Part shown: positions 46,979 to 57,180 of the stretch, in pieces
Numbering within the stretch: the first letter of the stretch is position 1
Layout of the letters: every line of letters starts with the position of its first letter
IMG/VR virus record: IMGVR_UViG_3300046616_000314
Span: 1-64,000 of that record
Reading direction: 5' to 3' (one strand)
DNA: 64,000 nucleotides
Notes under the pieces: model-generated
What the model saw: the letters and a program-made list of their open reading frames with translations, nothing else
The model's database searches: none
Told to the model about the DNA's origin: nothing
Made by a program: the position numbers and the translations under genes

Positions 46979-48374
46979 TTTCATTGGCACACTGACAGAA
47001 AGCAAATTGATCTCAACGACTTCGGCGTTGAAGAACTATAGTGCAGCCGATCTCGCTGAGATTGCGGTTCTGAATATTTGTGCCTTGTATATCTTGTCTT
47101 GCGAAAAATCTACACAAAGCTTTGCTGCATCTTATGCAAAGAAAACTGTTCAAAACGGTGACTTCGATCATTGGCGTAGCAATGCCAACGACCTGTACGT
47201 GATCTTGTACAGCTTGATCGCTGAAGATGTTGAGCTACATGACCAAGAGCATAGCGACAGCTTCAAAGCTAATATGCCGATCCACGAAAATCTTTTGATT
47301 CGTTGGTTGCGCGATATTGGCGCGGGTCGCCATTCGGGTGCTCACAAAAATTTCTTCACCAATCTTGATTTCAATTTCAAGATTAAAAATCCATCCTTGC
47401 GTGCTATTCGCCGTCTGGTCATGGAATGGGAAGATTTGGACAAGCATGATCGCGAGCTAGCGATGACACGTATGCTTCAGATGTTTCGTGCTCACGCACG
47501 CCGTTCAGAGTTGCTTGGTCCTTTGACTAAGATTGCTCATGCACATGATTTGGAGTTGGATGACGTTTGTAATCAAGAGACCGGCAAGGGTTGCTCTGCC
47601 CCGTCGCATGGCTATGAAAACGATCCGAACAAGAAGAAGGGCATAAGCCCGGTTGTCGCCGCTGCTGCTGGCTTCGCCACGGGCGTTGGTGCGGCTAAGC
47701 TAGTCCATCATTATACTAAGAAAAAAGTACATGAGGGTTTCGACGGCGACGAATATTTCGACGCAGAGCAAATTCGCCAAGCCGAACGCCAAAATCATAA
47801 GAGCCGAAGCATCCTGATTTGGATGGCTCCTGAAGAATTCTTGGAAGTCGCCCAAGATGGGTTTGACGATCATAAGATGTCTGGCGTCACCGATCTTGTT
47901 CAGAATGGTGTGAAATTTAATTCTGTTCCGCTGCTGTCATTCGACCACACCGGAGAAGGCATTGCCACAGTCGTCGGTCACGAAGGTCGTCACCGTGCGC
48001 GGGCTCTCGCAAAACTCGGCGTTCGTAAGATGCCTGTACTGTTGACCCATCGTTTCGAAGGTAACGGGCAGTCGATGCGTTGGGGTTCAATGAACGACGA
48101 AGATAGCTTTGATCGTTTCGAACAGAAGTGGCCACAAATTTTGTTTGGTCAAAAGCCCGATAACGGCACGATCAATCGCAAGAATATTCCGTTCCCCGTT
48201 CCTGATTTGCGTAATGCTCCAAAAATGGAGAGCGCATCATCGGGTGCAACCGGAGCCGCAAGCATTGCTACGGCGCCAGGGGCAGTTGGTGGAATTGGCG
48301 TTGGCTTCGATCCGAACGGGGATCGGGGTATCTATCAAAGCAAAAAGAAGACTACTCCACTCATTAGGCGTTGA
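46971..48374 (+). CDS. probable virion protein with internal ParB/Srx-like domain
   Basis: VVGHEGRHRARALAKLGVRKMPV motif flanked by VHE|G and KME|S. Confidence 0.7.
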   Translation: MFDFIGTLTESKLISTTSALKNYSAADLAEIAVLNICALYILSCEKSTQSFAASYAKKTVQNGDFDHWRSNANDLYVILYSLIAEDVELHDQEHSDSFKANMPIHENLLIRWLRDIGAGRHSGAHKNFFTNLDFNFKIKNPSLRAIRRLVMEWEDLDKHDRELAMTRMLQMFRAHARRSELLGPLTKIAHAHDLELDDVCNQETGKGCSAPSHGYENDPNKKKGISPVVAAAAGFATGVGAAKLVHHYTKKKVHEGFDGDEYFDAEQIRQAERQNHKSRSILIWMAPEEFLEVAQDGFDDHKMSGVTDLVQNGVKFNSVPLLSFDHTGEGIATVVGHEGRHRARALAKLGVRKMPVLLTHRFEGNGQSMRWGSMNDEDSFDRFEQKWPQILFGQKPDNGTINRKNIPFPVPDLRNAPKMESASSGATGAASIATAPGAVGGIGVGFDPNGDRGIYQSKKKTTPLIRR

Positions 48375-48375
48375 T

Positions 48376-48642
48376 ATGCTTATCACCTATGATTTTAGTG
48401 ACGGGCGAGGAAAAGAAGACGACGACGCGAGACTAGGTTTTCCGCACAAAATTATGGTGCATGGGACTTCTATTCAGCACGGTTCGTCAATGATCCTCTG
48501 GTGTGCAGCCAATTTGAATTCAAATTGGAAGCATACTTGGATTTCTTCGACTAGTCCCGAAGACCCCGAACCTATTTTTTGCTACATCTTTCATTTTTCA
48601 GATGCAGAAGAAGCTTTTTTGTTCCGTTTACGCTGGTCTTAA
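48376..48642 (+). CDS. FKLKW-family small protein inside the structural block
   Basis: ILWCAANL..NW; FSDAEEAFLFRLRWS. Confidence 0.8.
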   Translation: MLITYDFSDGRGKEDDDARLGFPHKIMVHGTSIQHGSSMILWCAANLNSNWKHTWISSTSPEDPEPIFCYIFHFSDAEEAFLFRLRWS

Positions 48643-48708
48643 ACAAACGCATTCAATGCAAAATGATAAATACTTTTACCAAACTTCATTTAGGAAGGAT
48701 ATACAATT

Positions 48709-49083
48709 ATGTATGAGAATAAAGTAAATGGTCACGTCGGCGCGGGCGAAAGCCTGACCGGTAACATGGATTTCTTCACTGCCAACACTTCGGTCATGAT
48801 TCTGACCGCTGCTGACGCAACTCTGGGCGGCGCCAACGCAACTGTTGCTGCTGCTTCGCAAGCTGCGCTGGATAAGCTGGTTGAAGTTATCTCGCTGCGC
48901 GGTCAACCGGTTCTGCTGGGTACCCCGGCTGCTGCTGGTGGTCGTTATCTGCTGTCGTGGGCTTCGGAACACGCTGGCGCATGGGACGCAACACCGACTC
49001 TGGCAAACTCGATTGCCGCTGCTGGTATCGACAACGGTTTCACCGCGTCGAACGTTACCATCACTGTCAAGGGTAGCCTGTAA
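48709..49083 (+). CDS. abundant small virion protein (head decoration-like)
   Basis: TAAATA, strong SD, biased codons and own terminator; Ala/Thr/Gly-rich. Confidence 0.65.
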   Translation: MYENKVNGHVGAGESLTGNMDFFTANTSVMILTAADATLGGANATVAAASQAALDKLVEVISLRGQPVLLGTPAAAGGRYLLSWASEHAGAWDATPTLANSIAAAGIDNGFTASNVTITVKGSL

Positions 49084-49115
49084 TATTACAGACTGATCTT
49101 TAGTGATCTAGATTG

Positions 49116-49146
49116 GGCTCGCTGTTTTTGCAGCGAGCCTTTTCTT
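49116..49146 (+). terminator. intrinsic terminator
   Basis: GGCTCGCTG...CAGCGAGCC followed by a T-run. Confidence 0.8.
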
Positions 49147-49166
49147 TTGTCTTGAATAAATACCTG

Positions 49167-49361
49167 ATGAATAATGCGTTTAAGGAACGGATTAGATATA
49201 CTATGACTATTAGCGAAATGTTCGAAAATGCGAATTGCCATAAAACTGTATGGTCTAAGCGCGGTGACAAGTTGTCAAAGCGTGAAGTCGTTACGGTTGC
49301 ATCGGTGCGTCCGCGTGTGAATGTTGTTCAGGTGAAGGAAAGCCGGAAAAATGAGCACTGA
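49167..49361 (+). CDS. small late protein
   Basis: TAAATA 4 nt before the ATG. Confidence 0.5.
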   Translation: MNNAFKERIRYTMTISEMFENANCHKTVWSKRGDKLSKREVVTVASVRPRVNVVQVKESRKNEH

Positions 49362-51219
49362 TATTCGAGGATATTTGCGTCTTATTGCTGAAGCCGAAGA
49401 TGCTGAAGCTAGAGAAGATTTTGACTTTGTAACTGCTTTGCATGACCTGTTGGGCATGGAAAAAGAAGAAGTCGAAAAAACTATCAAAGAACTAGACATA
49501 GATGATATCGCATCCCTGGTCGATGCTTGCGTTGACGAAGATAAGAGCCGTGTTGAGGAAATCATCGGTAAGACTAAGAATGAGTCTGACGTTGAAGACC
49601 AAGAATTCTCCGATCTGCTGAAGCGTAAATCTGATTTCAAGAAACAAAAGAAAAAGAAACAAAAGGAAAAAACCACCAAGGACGCTGATAGTCTTGGCAT
49701 TGGCGATATCGTCAGTGTCGATGGCGAAGAGGGTACAGTGAAAATTCCTGCTGCCGCTGGTGATTCGGTTGGCGTATCCATTGATGGAGAACTTAAAATG
49801 GTTGATAAAAAAGACGTTAAAGTGACCGAAGGCGTCCTGGGTATGACCGGCGTTAGCGGTCTTGGACGCATCCGTGAACTAGCTGGTATGCCTGACTTTG
49901 GTATTGTTGGCGAAGATGAAGCTCCTGAACCCGAAATGGCTGACGAAGCCCCGGCGGCTTTGGATGTTGGTCTAGATACAGACCTGGGCGATGAAGCTCC
50001 CGAAGCGGATTTGGGTGGCGATAATGCTTTGGACATGAATGCTCCAATTACTCCAACTGATCCGTTGGACATGGACCTTGATCTAGACGGTGCTACTGAT
50101 AATGCAGACTTGGAGCATGAGGATTACACCCCGCATCAAGCTCCGTTGCCGTTCGATGAACCGGCTCCCCCGCCTGCTGCAATGCCGATGCCGACTGATA
50201 GCGCACCGGCTGGTCCCTCAATTTCTCCGGTCGCCCCGGCTCCTTCCACACCGGAACTGCCGGTTGTTGGTGGCATGGATGATGACCACATTGACATGGG
50301 TGGTGCTGATCTAGGTTCTCTGGGTATGGCTCCTGCCCCTGCCCCGACTCCCCTGGACGGTGATGCACAAGCTCTGGAAACAGCGGTTTCGCAAATCGAA
50401 AACCTGATTCCGAATGTGAAGATCAGCCAATTCAAGCCGCTCGTTGCTCGTCTGAAGGCTCTGGTTTCGCAAGCTGAAAACGCTGGTCGTGCTGCTTTGG
50501 CTGAATCGGCTGGTCGCGGTCTGAAGAAGATTACTCTTGCTGACCCGGTTGAACAAACCAAGTGGGAAGCTGGCGAGCGCGATGAAGTCATGGAAGATGA
50601 CGAAGCTGCTGTTATGGCGATGATTGCTCGTATGAGCGGTCGTCCAATTGCCGAAACTGCTACTGTCAAGGAAGACAAGTTTAAGAAGAAGGATGAGGAA
50701 GAAATTCCGGGTCGTAAGACACTTCTTGACTACAAGAACGAAGTTGCAGACGAAGCAAAGACTAAGGCGCCCAAGGGCGCTAGCAAAAAAAAAATAAGTA
50801 ACGAAGCTGTTTCGTCAGGTTCGGTTGGGACTTCGGGAACGTCTGGTGGCACTGCCGCAAAGCCAGTCGTTCCCAACGCCTCTGCTACGTCGGCTAACTC
50901 CACTAGCCAGTCTGGTATGAATACCGGAGCTAAAAACCAAGAAACAATCGGACGTGATCGCATGTCGGCTATTGCCGCGATCAAGAATCGTTTGGGTCCG
51001 AAAGCTACGCCTCAAGACGCAAACAACGCATTCGATGCTTTGAAGCTCTCGGGTAAGATCAAGCAAACCGGTTCTGCGTTTGCAATGGACCCGATGGACG
51101 ATCAAGACTTCATGGGTGCTCTGGATGCTGACCAAAATGGCGGCGTCAAAGAGTCTGCGGTTGAAGAATGTGACGACGATGCCGTTGCAAAAATCAAGAA
51201 AAACGCTGGTTTGAAGTAA
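49351..51219 (+). CDS. large acidic/Pro-rich prohead core-like protein
   Basis: Low-complexity D/E/P regions with many (V/L/I)-x-E sites. Confidence 0.7.
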   Translation: MSTDIRGYLRLIAEAEDAEAREDFDFVTALHDLLGMEKEEVEKTIKELDIDDIASLVDACVDEDKSRVEEIIGKTKNESDVEDQEFSDLLKRKSDFKKQKKKKQKEKTTKDADSLGIGDIVSVDGEEGTVKIPAAAGDSVGVSIDGELKMVDKKDVKVTEGVLGMTGVSGLGRIRELAGMPDFGIVGEDEAPEPEMADEAPAALDVGLDTDLGDEAPEADLGGDNALDMNAPITPTDPLDMDLDLDGATDNADLEHEDYTPHQAPLPFDEPAPPPAAMPMPTDSAPAGPSISPVAPAPSTPELPVVGGMDDDHIDMGGADLGSLGMAPAPAPTPLDGDAQALETAVSQIENLIPNVKISQFKPLVARLKALVSQAENAGRAALAESAGRGLKKITLADPVEQTKWEAGERDEVMEDDEAAVMAMIARMSGRPIAETATVKEDKFKKKDEEEIPGRKTLLDYKNEVADEAKTKAPKGASKKKISNEAVSSGSVGTSGTSGGTAAKPVVPNASATSANSTSQSGMNTGAKNQETIGRDRMSAIAAIKNRLGPKATPQDANNAFDALKLSGKIKQTGSAFAMDPMDDQDFMGALDADQNGGVKESAVEECDDDAVAKIKKNAGLK

Positions 51220-51225
51220 GAAATT

Positions 51226-51256
51226 AGGGCGGGGCTCAAAAGGTCCCGCCCTTCTT
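51226..51256 (+). terminator. intrinsic terminator
   Basis: AGGGCGGG...CCCGCCCT followed by TCTT. Confidence 0.7.
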
Positions 51257-51314
51257 CGATTAATATTGCAAAACCAAGTCACTAAATAGATAATGGGCTT
51301 ATATCGGTACAGTT

Positions 51315-51548
51315 ATGCGTTTTTTTGAAATTGCCAGTGGAATGCGGGTTCCCGTCTCCAAGGAAGAACAAGAAATCATCGATTTGATCAAGTCTAAGGG
51401 CGGATCAATCGAGAAAGCAAGTATTGACGACGAACGTACTAAGGAAGTTGCGCGCAAAATGGTTTCGCGTGGTGTCCTTAAGCGTTCGCGTATCGATGAT
51501 AAAACCATTCTGTCTTTAGACAGTGCATCGGATATTTGGAGATATTAA
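51315..51548 (+). CDS. small late protein (winged-helix-like)
   Basis: MRFFEI...VSKEEQ...ARKMVSRGVL. Confidence 0.7.
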   Translation: MRFFEIASGMRVPVSKEEQEIIDLIKSKGGSIEKASIDDERTKEVARKMVSRGVLKRSRIDDKTILSLDSASDIWRY

Positions 51549-51549
51549 T

Positions 51550-52269
51550 ATGACGCAAGTTAGTAGCGGCGAAAAGACAGCAATGGCTAATCTTATCGCT
51601 CTAATGAACAGCGGTGTTACTTATGACGACGCCCCTGTTATTGAAGAGGCGGCGGGACCAAGCATCCGTTCGCAGTTTACAGAGAGTGTGGATTTCGGTG
51701 GCGCCGATCCTATGCTCAACACAGACGAAGGTCTGGAAATCAAACCGGTTGATATGCCATTGAGTGCAGCCGCCGGAAGCATGAAAAAGTTGCTTGAAGC
51801 TATGTACACCGCTGAAGCGGACGAACCGGTTCAAAAGCTGGTTCAGACTGCTAACGAATCGCCCCGTTTCCGCGAGGCGTTAGGTACACAAAAAACTTCG
51901 ACCGGTACTCGCGTTGGTAGCTGGGAAATCCGCATCAACGAACAAGAAGGTCTGAAAAATTATGACGTTGTGAACGTCAAGACGGGCGAACCGATTGCTT
52001 CGGATTTGAGCCTGTACGATGCGGCTTTCGGTCTGGTTCGTTGTCTCAACGAAGGGATGACCATCAACAACGTGAAGGTCCGCCAAATTCTGTCGATTGA
52101 GGCGGAATACCTGCGTCGTCGTAACGACGCTGCCAACTACAAGATCAACATGCAATTGGCTGAACGTCGCAACGATTCAACTAAGGCTGCGATCATGGAA
52201 GATCGTTTCAGCGAGTGCTTGGCTCAAGCCAAGACGGCTCGTGTCAAGCTGAATAAGTTGGTGAAGTAA
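51550..52269 (+). CDS. late virion-associated protein
   Basis: Late-block ORF. Confidence 0.7.
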   Translation: MTQVSSGEKTAMANLIALMNSGVTYDDAPVIEEAAGPSIRSQFTESVDFGGADPMLNTDEGLEIKPVDMPLSAAAGSMKKLLEAMYTAEADEPVQKLVQTANESPRFREALGTQKTSTGTRVGSWEIRINEQEGLKNYDVVNVKTGEPIASDLSLYDAAFGLVRCLNEGMTINNVKVRQILSIEAEYLRRRNDAANYKINMQLAERRNDSTKAAIMEDRFSECLAQAKTARVKLNKLVK

Positions 52270-52624
52270 ACTCAAACACTTCTAAACGAGACGCGATGCC
52301 ATGTACTTTCATTTTGAAAAGCATGGCGTCGCCGTCGTTTGTGAACGTAACGTCATGATCGGTCCAAATCCCATTAGGATTACTGTTGGTAAGTGGACTA
52401 TGAATAAACCACGGTGATTCGACCGTGGGCATGAAAGCGTTGATGAATTCCCAATAGTCGTGATGCTGAAACTGTCCAACCCGAACAGAAATTTGGCAAA
52501 ATTTCTTAAAGATGTCCGTATCAGAATTCCGCCACGACCATAGCCTATTGAAACTTCGTTTTTCGATTGGAAACGAGAACTCTTCCCAGTGATCGGTGCC
52601 CTTATATTTGGCGTAGATTTGCAT
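52244..52624 (-). CDS. FKLKW-family protein, antisense insertion in the late block
   Basis: FTNDGDAMLFKMKV. Confidence 0.75.
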   Translation of the reverse strand: MQIYAKYKGTDHWEEFSFPIEKRSFNRLWSWRNSDTDIFKKFCQISVRVGQFQHHDYWEFINAFMPTVESPWFIHSPLTNSNPNGIWTDHDVTFTNDGDAMLFKMKVHGIASRLEVFEFTSPTYSA

Positions 52625-52628
52625 TGCT

Positions 52629-52715
52629 TTACGAAATCACCGAGACGACCACGCCACCAGCGAGAACGAGAAACGAAAGACCCAGAACGGCATACAGTCG
52701 AACGGTATCGGTCAT
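52629..52715 (-). CDS. 28-aa hydrophobic peptide
   Basis: MTDTVRLYAVLGLSFLVLAGGVVVSVIS, GGAGA SD, TTGACA promoter at 52764-52769. Confidence 0.5.
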   Translation of the reverse strand: MTDTVRLYAVLGLSFLVLAGGVVVSVIS

Positions 52716-52784
52716 AGAAATCTCCATTAAAATAGAACTACACAGTATCACTTCAAGTACAATTGTCAACCCCTAAATACTCAC

Positions 52785-54668
52785 ATGCGCCACTTAGAGA
52801 TTTTTGAAAAACGTCGTAACCCAACTCTTAACAAGAAAGAGCATGTGCTTGATGTCTTGAAACAATACAAGGGGCGCCAAGATATTTTTGTCAGTTTTAC
52901 ATCTGACGTGGGCAACCTATCGCATCCATTCAGAGCCGATGCATACACGTATGATGACGAAGATTCCATTGGGGCTCCTGTAGCACACGGTTTGAAGTCC
53001 AAGGGCGAACGTCATAATACAAAAGGCGCAAAGATTGGTATCAATCCGAAGAGTGAATTCCACACACCGCTAGGTATCTATACCTATCCTGTCGATTATG
53101 TAATCAATCACCAAATGGAAGTTCCTTACGCGGGTGGCAAACCTTACATTCACGTGCTTCAGGCGCGCGGTAATATTCTCAATCTGTCCACATACGATGG
53201 TGGACAATACGAAGCTGACCTGAAGAAACTTCACAAGATCGGTTGGTTAGACGAAACCACAACAGAATTTGTTATCACACGCGCTGCTGGCGATGCACGC
53301 GATGATGGTCCAGCCTCCAAGATTTGGAACATCACACGCATTTATTCCGACACGTTTGTAACGAACGAAGAGAAGCAAGCTCTGGCGTTTCCGGGTGCAA
53401 GTGACGCAGAAAATTTCATCTATCGTATGATCAAAAACAATTGGGAAACCAAAGTAACTGGTTTTCATGTTTATGATCCTGATGAAATTACTATGCCTAA
53501 AGCCGAGCGAGCATTAGACGATCTGAATAAAGAATACGAAGATACGGTAGTTGGTGATCAATTAAAGCGCGTTACTGCTGAAATGGTCTTCAAGGCATGG
53601 AAGCATTACGCCGAATTTTATCACGAAAAAATCAAGACACCGAAGCGTAAGAGCATGGTTCAGTGGGCTAAGCTATTGCGTCTCCTGGGATATGATGGCG
53701 CGGTTGATTTCGAAGACGATGGTAACATTCACCCTTCGGAACCCACTCAAGCGGTGTTCTTCACTAAGAATGCGATCAAAGAAATCGAATTGTTGCACAA
53801 CAACAAGAAGATGAGACCAGAACCGAAGACCCAAATGCAAATCTGGGGCGATAAACCTGCAATCTTCAAGAACATGGTTGCACAAGGTAAGGTCTCGATT
53901 GCCGATATGAAAGACTATATTGATCAGGTTCCTATTGTCATGAAGTCAATTGACTACACAACCTTGCCTCATGAAGTTCAAGACATGCTGGATATGAACC
54001 CATTCCGTTATCCGATTGGTAGTGTTCCTTTTACGGCTGATCAATTATTTGATCACATTGATGAACAACACTCAAAGCATTACTACGATCCATATTCTGT
54101 TATTTCGGCTATTCCAGAAAAATATTGGGAAGACCCAAATTTTAGTGGTGCATTTATGAAACGGCTGTTGCGCGACCCGGTTCAGTATCAACGTTTCTAC
54201 AAGACTGTGTTGCAATACAAAGTTCCAGATAAAGTGCTGATCAAGTATGTGAAGACAACACACCCGGATTTCATTCAATATTTGTCGGATGAGAACAAGG
54301 TAGAGCTTCTTCATGCTGCGCGAGATCATGCGGGTAAGTATGCTACCCTTTCTCAATACGTTCCGAATAGTTTGTTGCTGTATAGAGTATCATTGCAAGG
54401 CATTTCTCTTGAGAAATTGCAAAATATTATTCGAGCCACAACAAAACTAGCTCCCGATGCGATGAAAATGAACACCGCAAACGAAGTTGGGCTTATGATT
54501 AGAGCCGTGAATACTCTAACATTCGAGCAATTGGAACACCTATTCCATTGGGCAGAAAGCCCCGAAGCGGACATCAAATTCGTGCCTGAGATCAAATATG
54601 AGATCGCAGATGCCATGCATCGCCGCTTCCCCAAAGAATACACAGAGCGTTCCGATCTGCATGTATAA
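52785..54668 (+). CDS. large late protein with ART-like domain (polyvalent-protein type)
   Basis: MRHLEIFE leader; PLGIYTYP...GYDGAVD...SEPTQAVFF; TAAATA 5 nt upstream. Confidence 0.55.
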   Translation: MRHLEIFEKRRNPTLNKKEHVLDVLKQYKGRQDIFVSFTSDVGNLSHPFRADAYTYDDEDSIGAPVAHGLKSKGERHNTKGAKIGINPKSEFHTPLGIYTYPVDYVINHQMEVPYAGGKPYIHVLQARGNILNLSTYDGGQYEADLKKLHKIGWLDETTTEFVITRAAGDARDDGPASKIWNITRIYSDTFVTNEEKQALAFPGASDAENFIYRMIKNNWETKVTGFHVYDPDEITMPKAERALDDLNKEYEDTVVGDQLKRVTAEMVFKAWKHYAEFYHEKIKTPKRKSMVQWAKLLRLLGYDGAVDFEDDGNIHPSEPTQAVFFTKNAIKEIELLHNNKKMRPEPKTQMQIWGDKPAIFKNMVAQGKVSIADMKDYIDQVPIVMKSIDYTTLPHEVQDMLDMNPFRYPIGSVPFTADQLFDHIDEQHSKHYYDPYSVISAIPEKYWEDPNFSGAFMKRLLRDPVQYQRFYKTVLQYKVPDKVLIKYVKTTHPDFIQYLSDENKVELLHAARDHAGKYATLSQYVPNSLLLYRVSLQGISLEKLQNIIRATTKLAPDAMKMNTANEVGLMIRAVNTLTFEQLEHLFHWAESPEADIKFVPEIKYEIADAMHRRFPKEYTERSDLHV

Positions 54669-54677
54669 ATACGTAAT

Positions 54678-54980
54678 ATGCATTTGCTACCGGAGTTTTA
54701 TATGAGTGATAGGGAAAACGCCAAGCGCAAGCTTGCTCCACTACGTGAGCAACTTGAGCGTCGCTATGATTTGTCGCTCGACTTCAATTCCACAGAAGAC
54801 GACTTGAAACGCATATACGAACATTACAAGGCTAAACGTCAAACTATTCTTGTCAAAGAAGGTGAAGCGGCGGCTCTTGGTAATTCCACCTATGCAAAGT
54901 CGGTATTAATCAGCGAAACGGTTCGTTTATATCTGCGCGAAATTGCGCCGAAACGTCCTCGCACGAATAAAAGAAAGTAA
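54678..54980 (+). CDS. late protein
   Basis: TATAAATA upstream. Confidence 0.7.
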   Translation: MHLLPEFYMSDRENAKRKLAPLREQLERRYDLSLDFNSTEDDLKRIYEHYKAKRQTILVKEGEAAALGNSTYAKSVLISETVRLYLREIAPKRPRTNKRK

Positions 54981-54995
54981 TTTAGGAGCCATTAA

Positions 54996-56735
54996 ATGAC
55001 AAAGAAAGTCAATGAAAGCGTTGCTTTCTTAATTGAAAGCGAACTTGAAAAGATGCAAGTCGTGCTTGCTGTTAAGAGCATCGCTGACAAGCTACAAGAC
55101 ATCGCGAAGACCCTCGCCAAGATCGAAGTCGATGACATCATGCCTATCCTCGATAGTATGCGTGTTGAATTCGGTCCTGAAGTTGCTGATCACTTCAACG
55201 AAGCGACCACAAGCAAGATTCGCGAAACCACAGAAGCCATTCAGGCTGCTAAGAACGCCATCACCACCGAAGCTGAACGCCTGGAATCGGGCGCACCCGT
55301 GAACGATATGTCCATGGATAGCGGCATGGGCGATGACGACATGGCTTCGATGGGTGATGAAACTGGTATGGAAGACCCGGCTATGGCTGGTGGCGACGAC
55401 ACCATTGCTCCCGATGCTGCTATGGGCGACGACATGGGCATGGGCGGCGAAGACGATCTGGACGCTGGCTTTGAAGACCCGGCTGCATCTGGTGCGGCTC
55501 AAGGTCGTGCTCGCAAGGAAAGCATTGCCTATTCGGCAAAGGCTCTGCGCGAATCTTCGAACCCTGACCAACTGGTTTATCAAGCATTCTTCGCTAAGCT
55601 GAAGGAAAGCAAGTCGGCTGCTACGGCTGTCAAGGCTGTTGCCGAAGCTTTCTCCATCGACGCCATTGACGTTGTTGAAATCGTCCAAGAGGGTAACACT
55701 TGGAAGGATAACTTCGAAAAGGGTAAGAAGGACAAGCTAGACAAGCGTTCTAAGGATCGTGCCGATTCGAAGAAGAAGAAAGAAATCGAAGAAGGCAAGT
55801 CACACAAGAAGAACGACGAAGATAGCGAAGACAAGTTCGCTAAGTTCAAGAAGCGTTCTGCCGAGCGTGACGCCAAGCCGAAGAAGGTTGAAGAGACTGC
55901 CGCTGTAAAGCTGGCGCCTCACGCCAAGACTGCTGGCAACGTTGCAAAGCCGAAGGTTGTTGGTAAAGTAAAGCCGAAAGCGTCTTTTAAGACCGGCGGC
56001 ACTACGGGTAAGCCGAGTAGTGCAGTCACTAAGACAGTGAAGGAAGACTTCGGAATGCGTGGCGTTCCGAAGTCTGACGCAACCCAGAGCCTTAGCCAAT
56101 TTCAGGTTAAGGTTCTGGATATGCCTACTGTCCAAGACGCTAAAGAACGTGCAAGAGCCGATTATTCGGAGAAGCGCGGTCGCACAATCCAAGTTCCGTA
56201 TTTGTTTGTTTTGAATTCGGAGCAAAATGGTGAGCAATACAATTCACGCGCGGCTGATCCGTTCGTTGTTCGTATTGAGCCTACCGATGATCATTTCTTG
56301 ACTGGTATTTGGGACGGTAACGTTCTGACCCCGCGTTGGAAGATCGTTGTGAAGGATGGCAAGGGTATCGTCCCCGCCAATGCTCGTATTGCCTGGATTG
56401 ATGCCCGTGGTTATCGCGTTCAGAAAAAGCCTAAGCTAGGTGAAGATCATAACGTTGTTGGTATTCTACCTGCGCAATTGGATCGTGCCATCGAAGCCGG
56501 TGATATCGAAACCGCGAAGCGTTTGTTGAATAAAGTGCTTACGGATATCGAAAAAGACCCGGAATCGCGTACCGCGACGATTGCTATGCTGGTTAAGTTG
56601 ATGACCAATGAGAAAAACAAAGGCATCAAGGAAGCCATGGTTGACTATCTAAGCAACGCCGAAAAGCGTTCTGAGAAAGCCAAGGCGGCTCGTGCTGCTA
56701 AAGGTTTCACCGCCATGGATCAGAAAAAGAAGTAA
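54996..56735 (+). CDS. prohead scaffold/core-like protein
   Basis: Coiled-coil N-terminus, D/M/G-rich linker and repeated xES/xEG/xED sites. Confidence 0.7.
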   Translation: MTKKVNESVAFLIESELEKMQVVLAVKSIADKLQDIAKTLAKIEVDDIMPILDSMRVEFGPEVADHFNEATTSKIRETTEAIQAAKNAITTEAERLESGAPVNDMSMDSGMGDDDMASMGDETGMEDPAMAGGDDTIAPDAAMGDDMGMGGEDDLDAGFEDPAASGAAQGRARKESIAYSAKALRESSNPDQLVYQAFFAKLKESKSAATAVKAVAEAFSIDAIDVVEIVQEGNTWKDNFEKGKKDKLDKRSKDRADSKKKKEIEEGKSHKKNDEDSEDKFAKFKKRSAERDAKPKKVEETAAVKLAPHAKTAGNVAKPKVVGKVKPKASFKTGGTTGKPSSAVTKTVKEDFGMRGVPKSDATQSLSQFQVKVLDMPTVQDAKERARADYSEKRGRTIQVPYLFVLNSEQNGEQYNSRAADPFVVRIEPTDDHFLTGIWDGNVLTPRWKIVVKDGKGIVPANARIAWIDARGYRVQKKPKLGEDHNVVGILPAQLDRAIEAGDIETAKRLLNKVLTDIEKDPESRTATIAMLVKLMTNEKNKGIKEAMVDYLSNAEKRSEKAKAARAAKGFTAMDQKKK

Positions 56736-56736
56736 C

Positions 56737-57108
56737 ATGCGTTTATATGAACTATTTGATGATGGCAATGTAACCGATGATTTGAAGAATTCATTGATGG
56801 ATATCTTGACGCCTTTAGTTGCGTCCAAGGTTCCGTTCGTGACTGTTCAGCAAGTTATTGACAAGCTGCGCACGGAACGTACTGGTCTGAGCATTGATCG
56901 TTCTTTGATCATGGATTTGCTGGACCCGGATCAAGTTAAGATCGTCAAAAAGATCGAAGGCGACCGCATTTATCTTGCGCCTCCTGAAGAAGAGGAACGT
57001 TCGGTTACTAAGGATGAAATGGAAAAGGACAAGGAACACGTCGCAGATATGGGCGCGGACCAAGCCAAGAAAAACATTTCCTCTGGTGGTGACGCTGGAC
57101 CTATGTAA
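56737..57108 (+). CDS. late protein
   Basis: MRLYELFDD leader. Confidence 0.7.
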   Translation: MRLYELFDDGNVTDDLKNSLMDILTPLVASKVPFVTVQQVIDKLRTERTGLSIDRSLIMDLLDPDQVKIVKKIEGDRIYLAPPEEEERSVTKDEMEKDKEHVADMGADQAKKNISSGGDAGPM

Positions 57109-57125
57109 TTTAACCAAAAATTTGG

Positions 57126-57179
57126 TTGACACGAAATGACAGCCCCGCTAAGGTATTCAATTATCTTAGCGGGGTTTTT
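57126..57179 (+). promoter_or_regulatory. overlapping terminator hairpin and sigma70 promoter
   Basis: TTGACA-N17-TAAGGT overlapping CCCCGCTAAG...CTTAGCGGGG followed by a T-run. Confidence 0.65.
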
Positions 57180-57180
57180 C

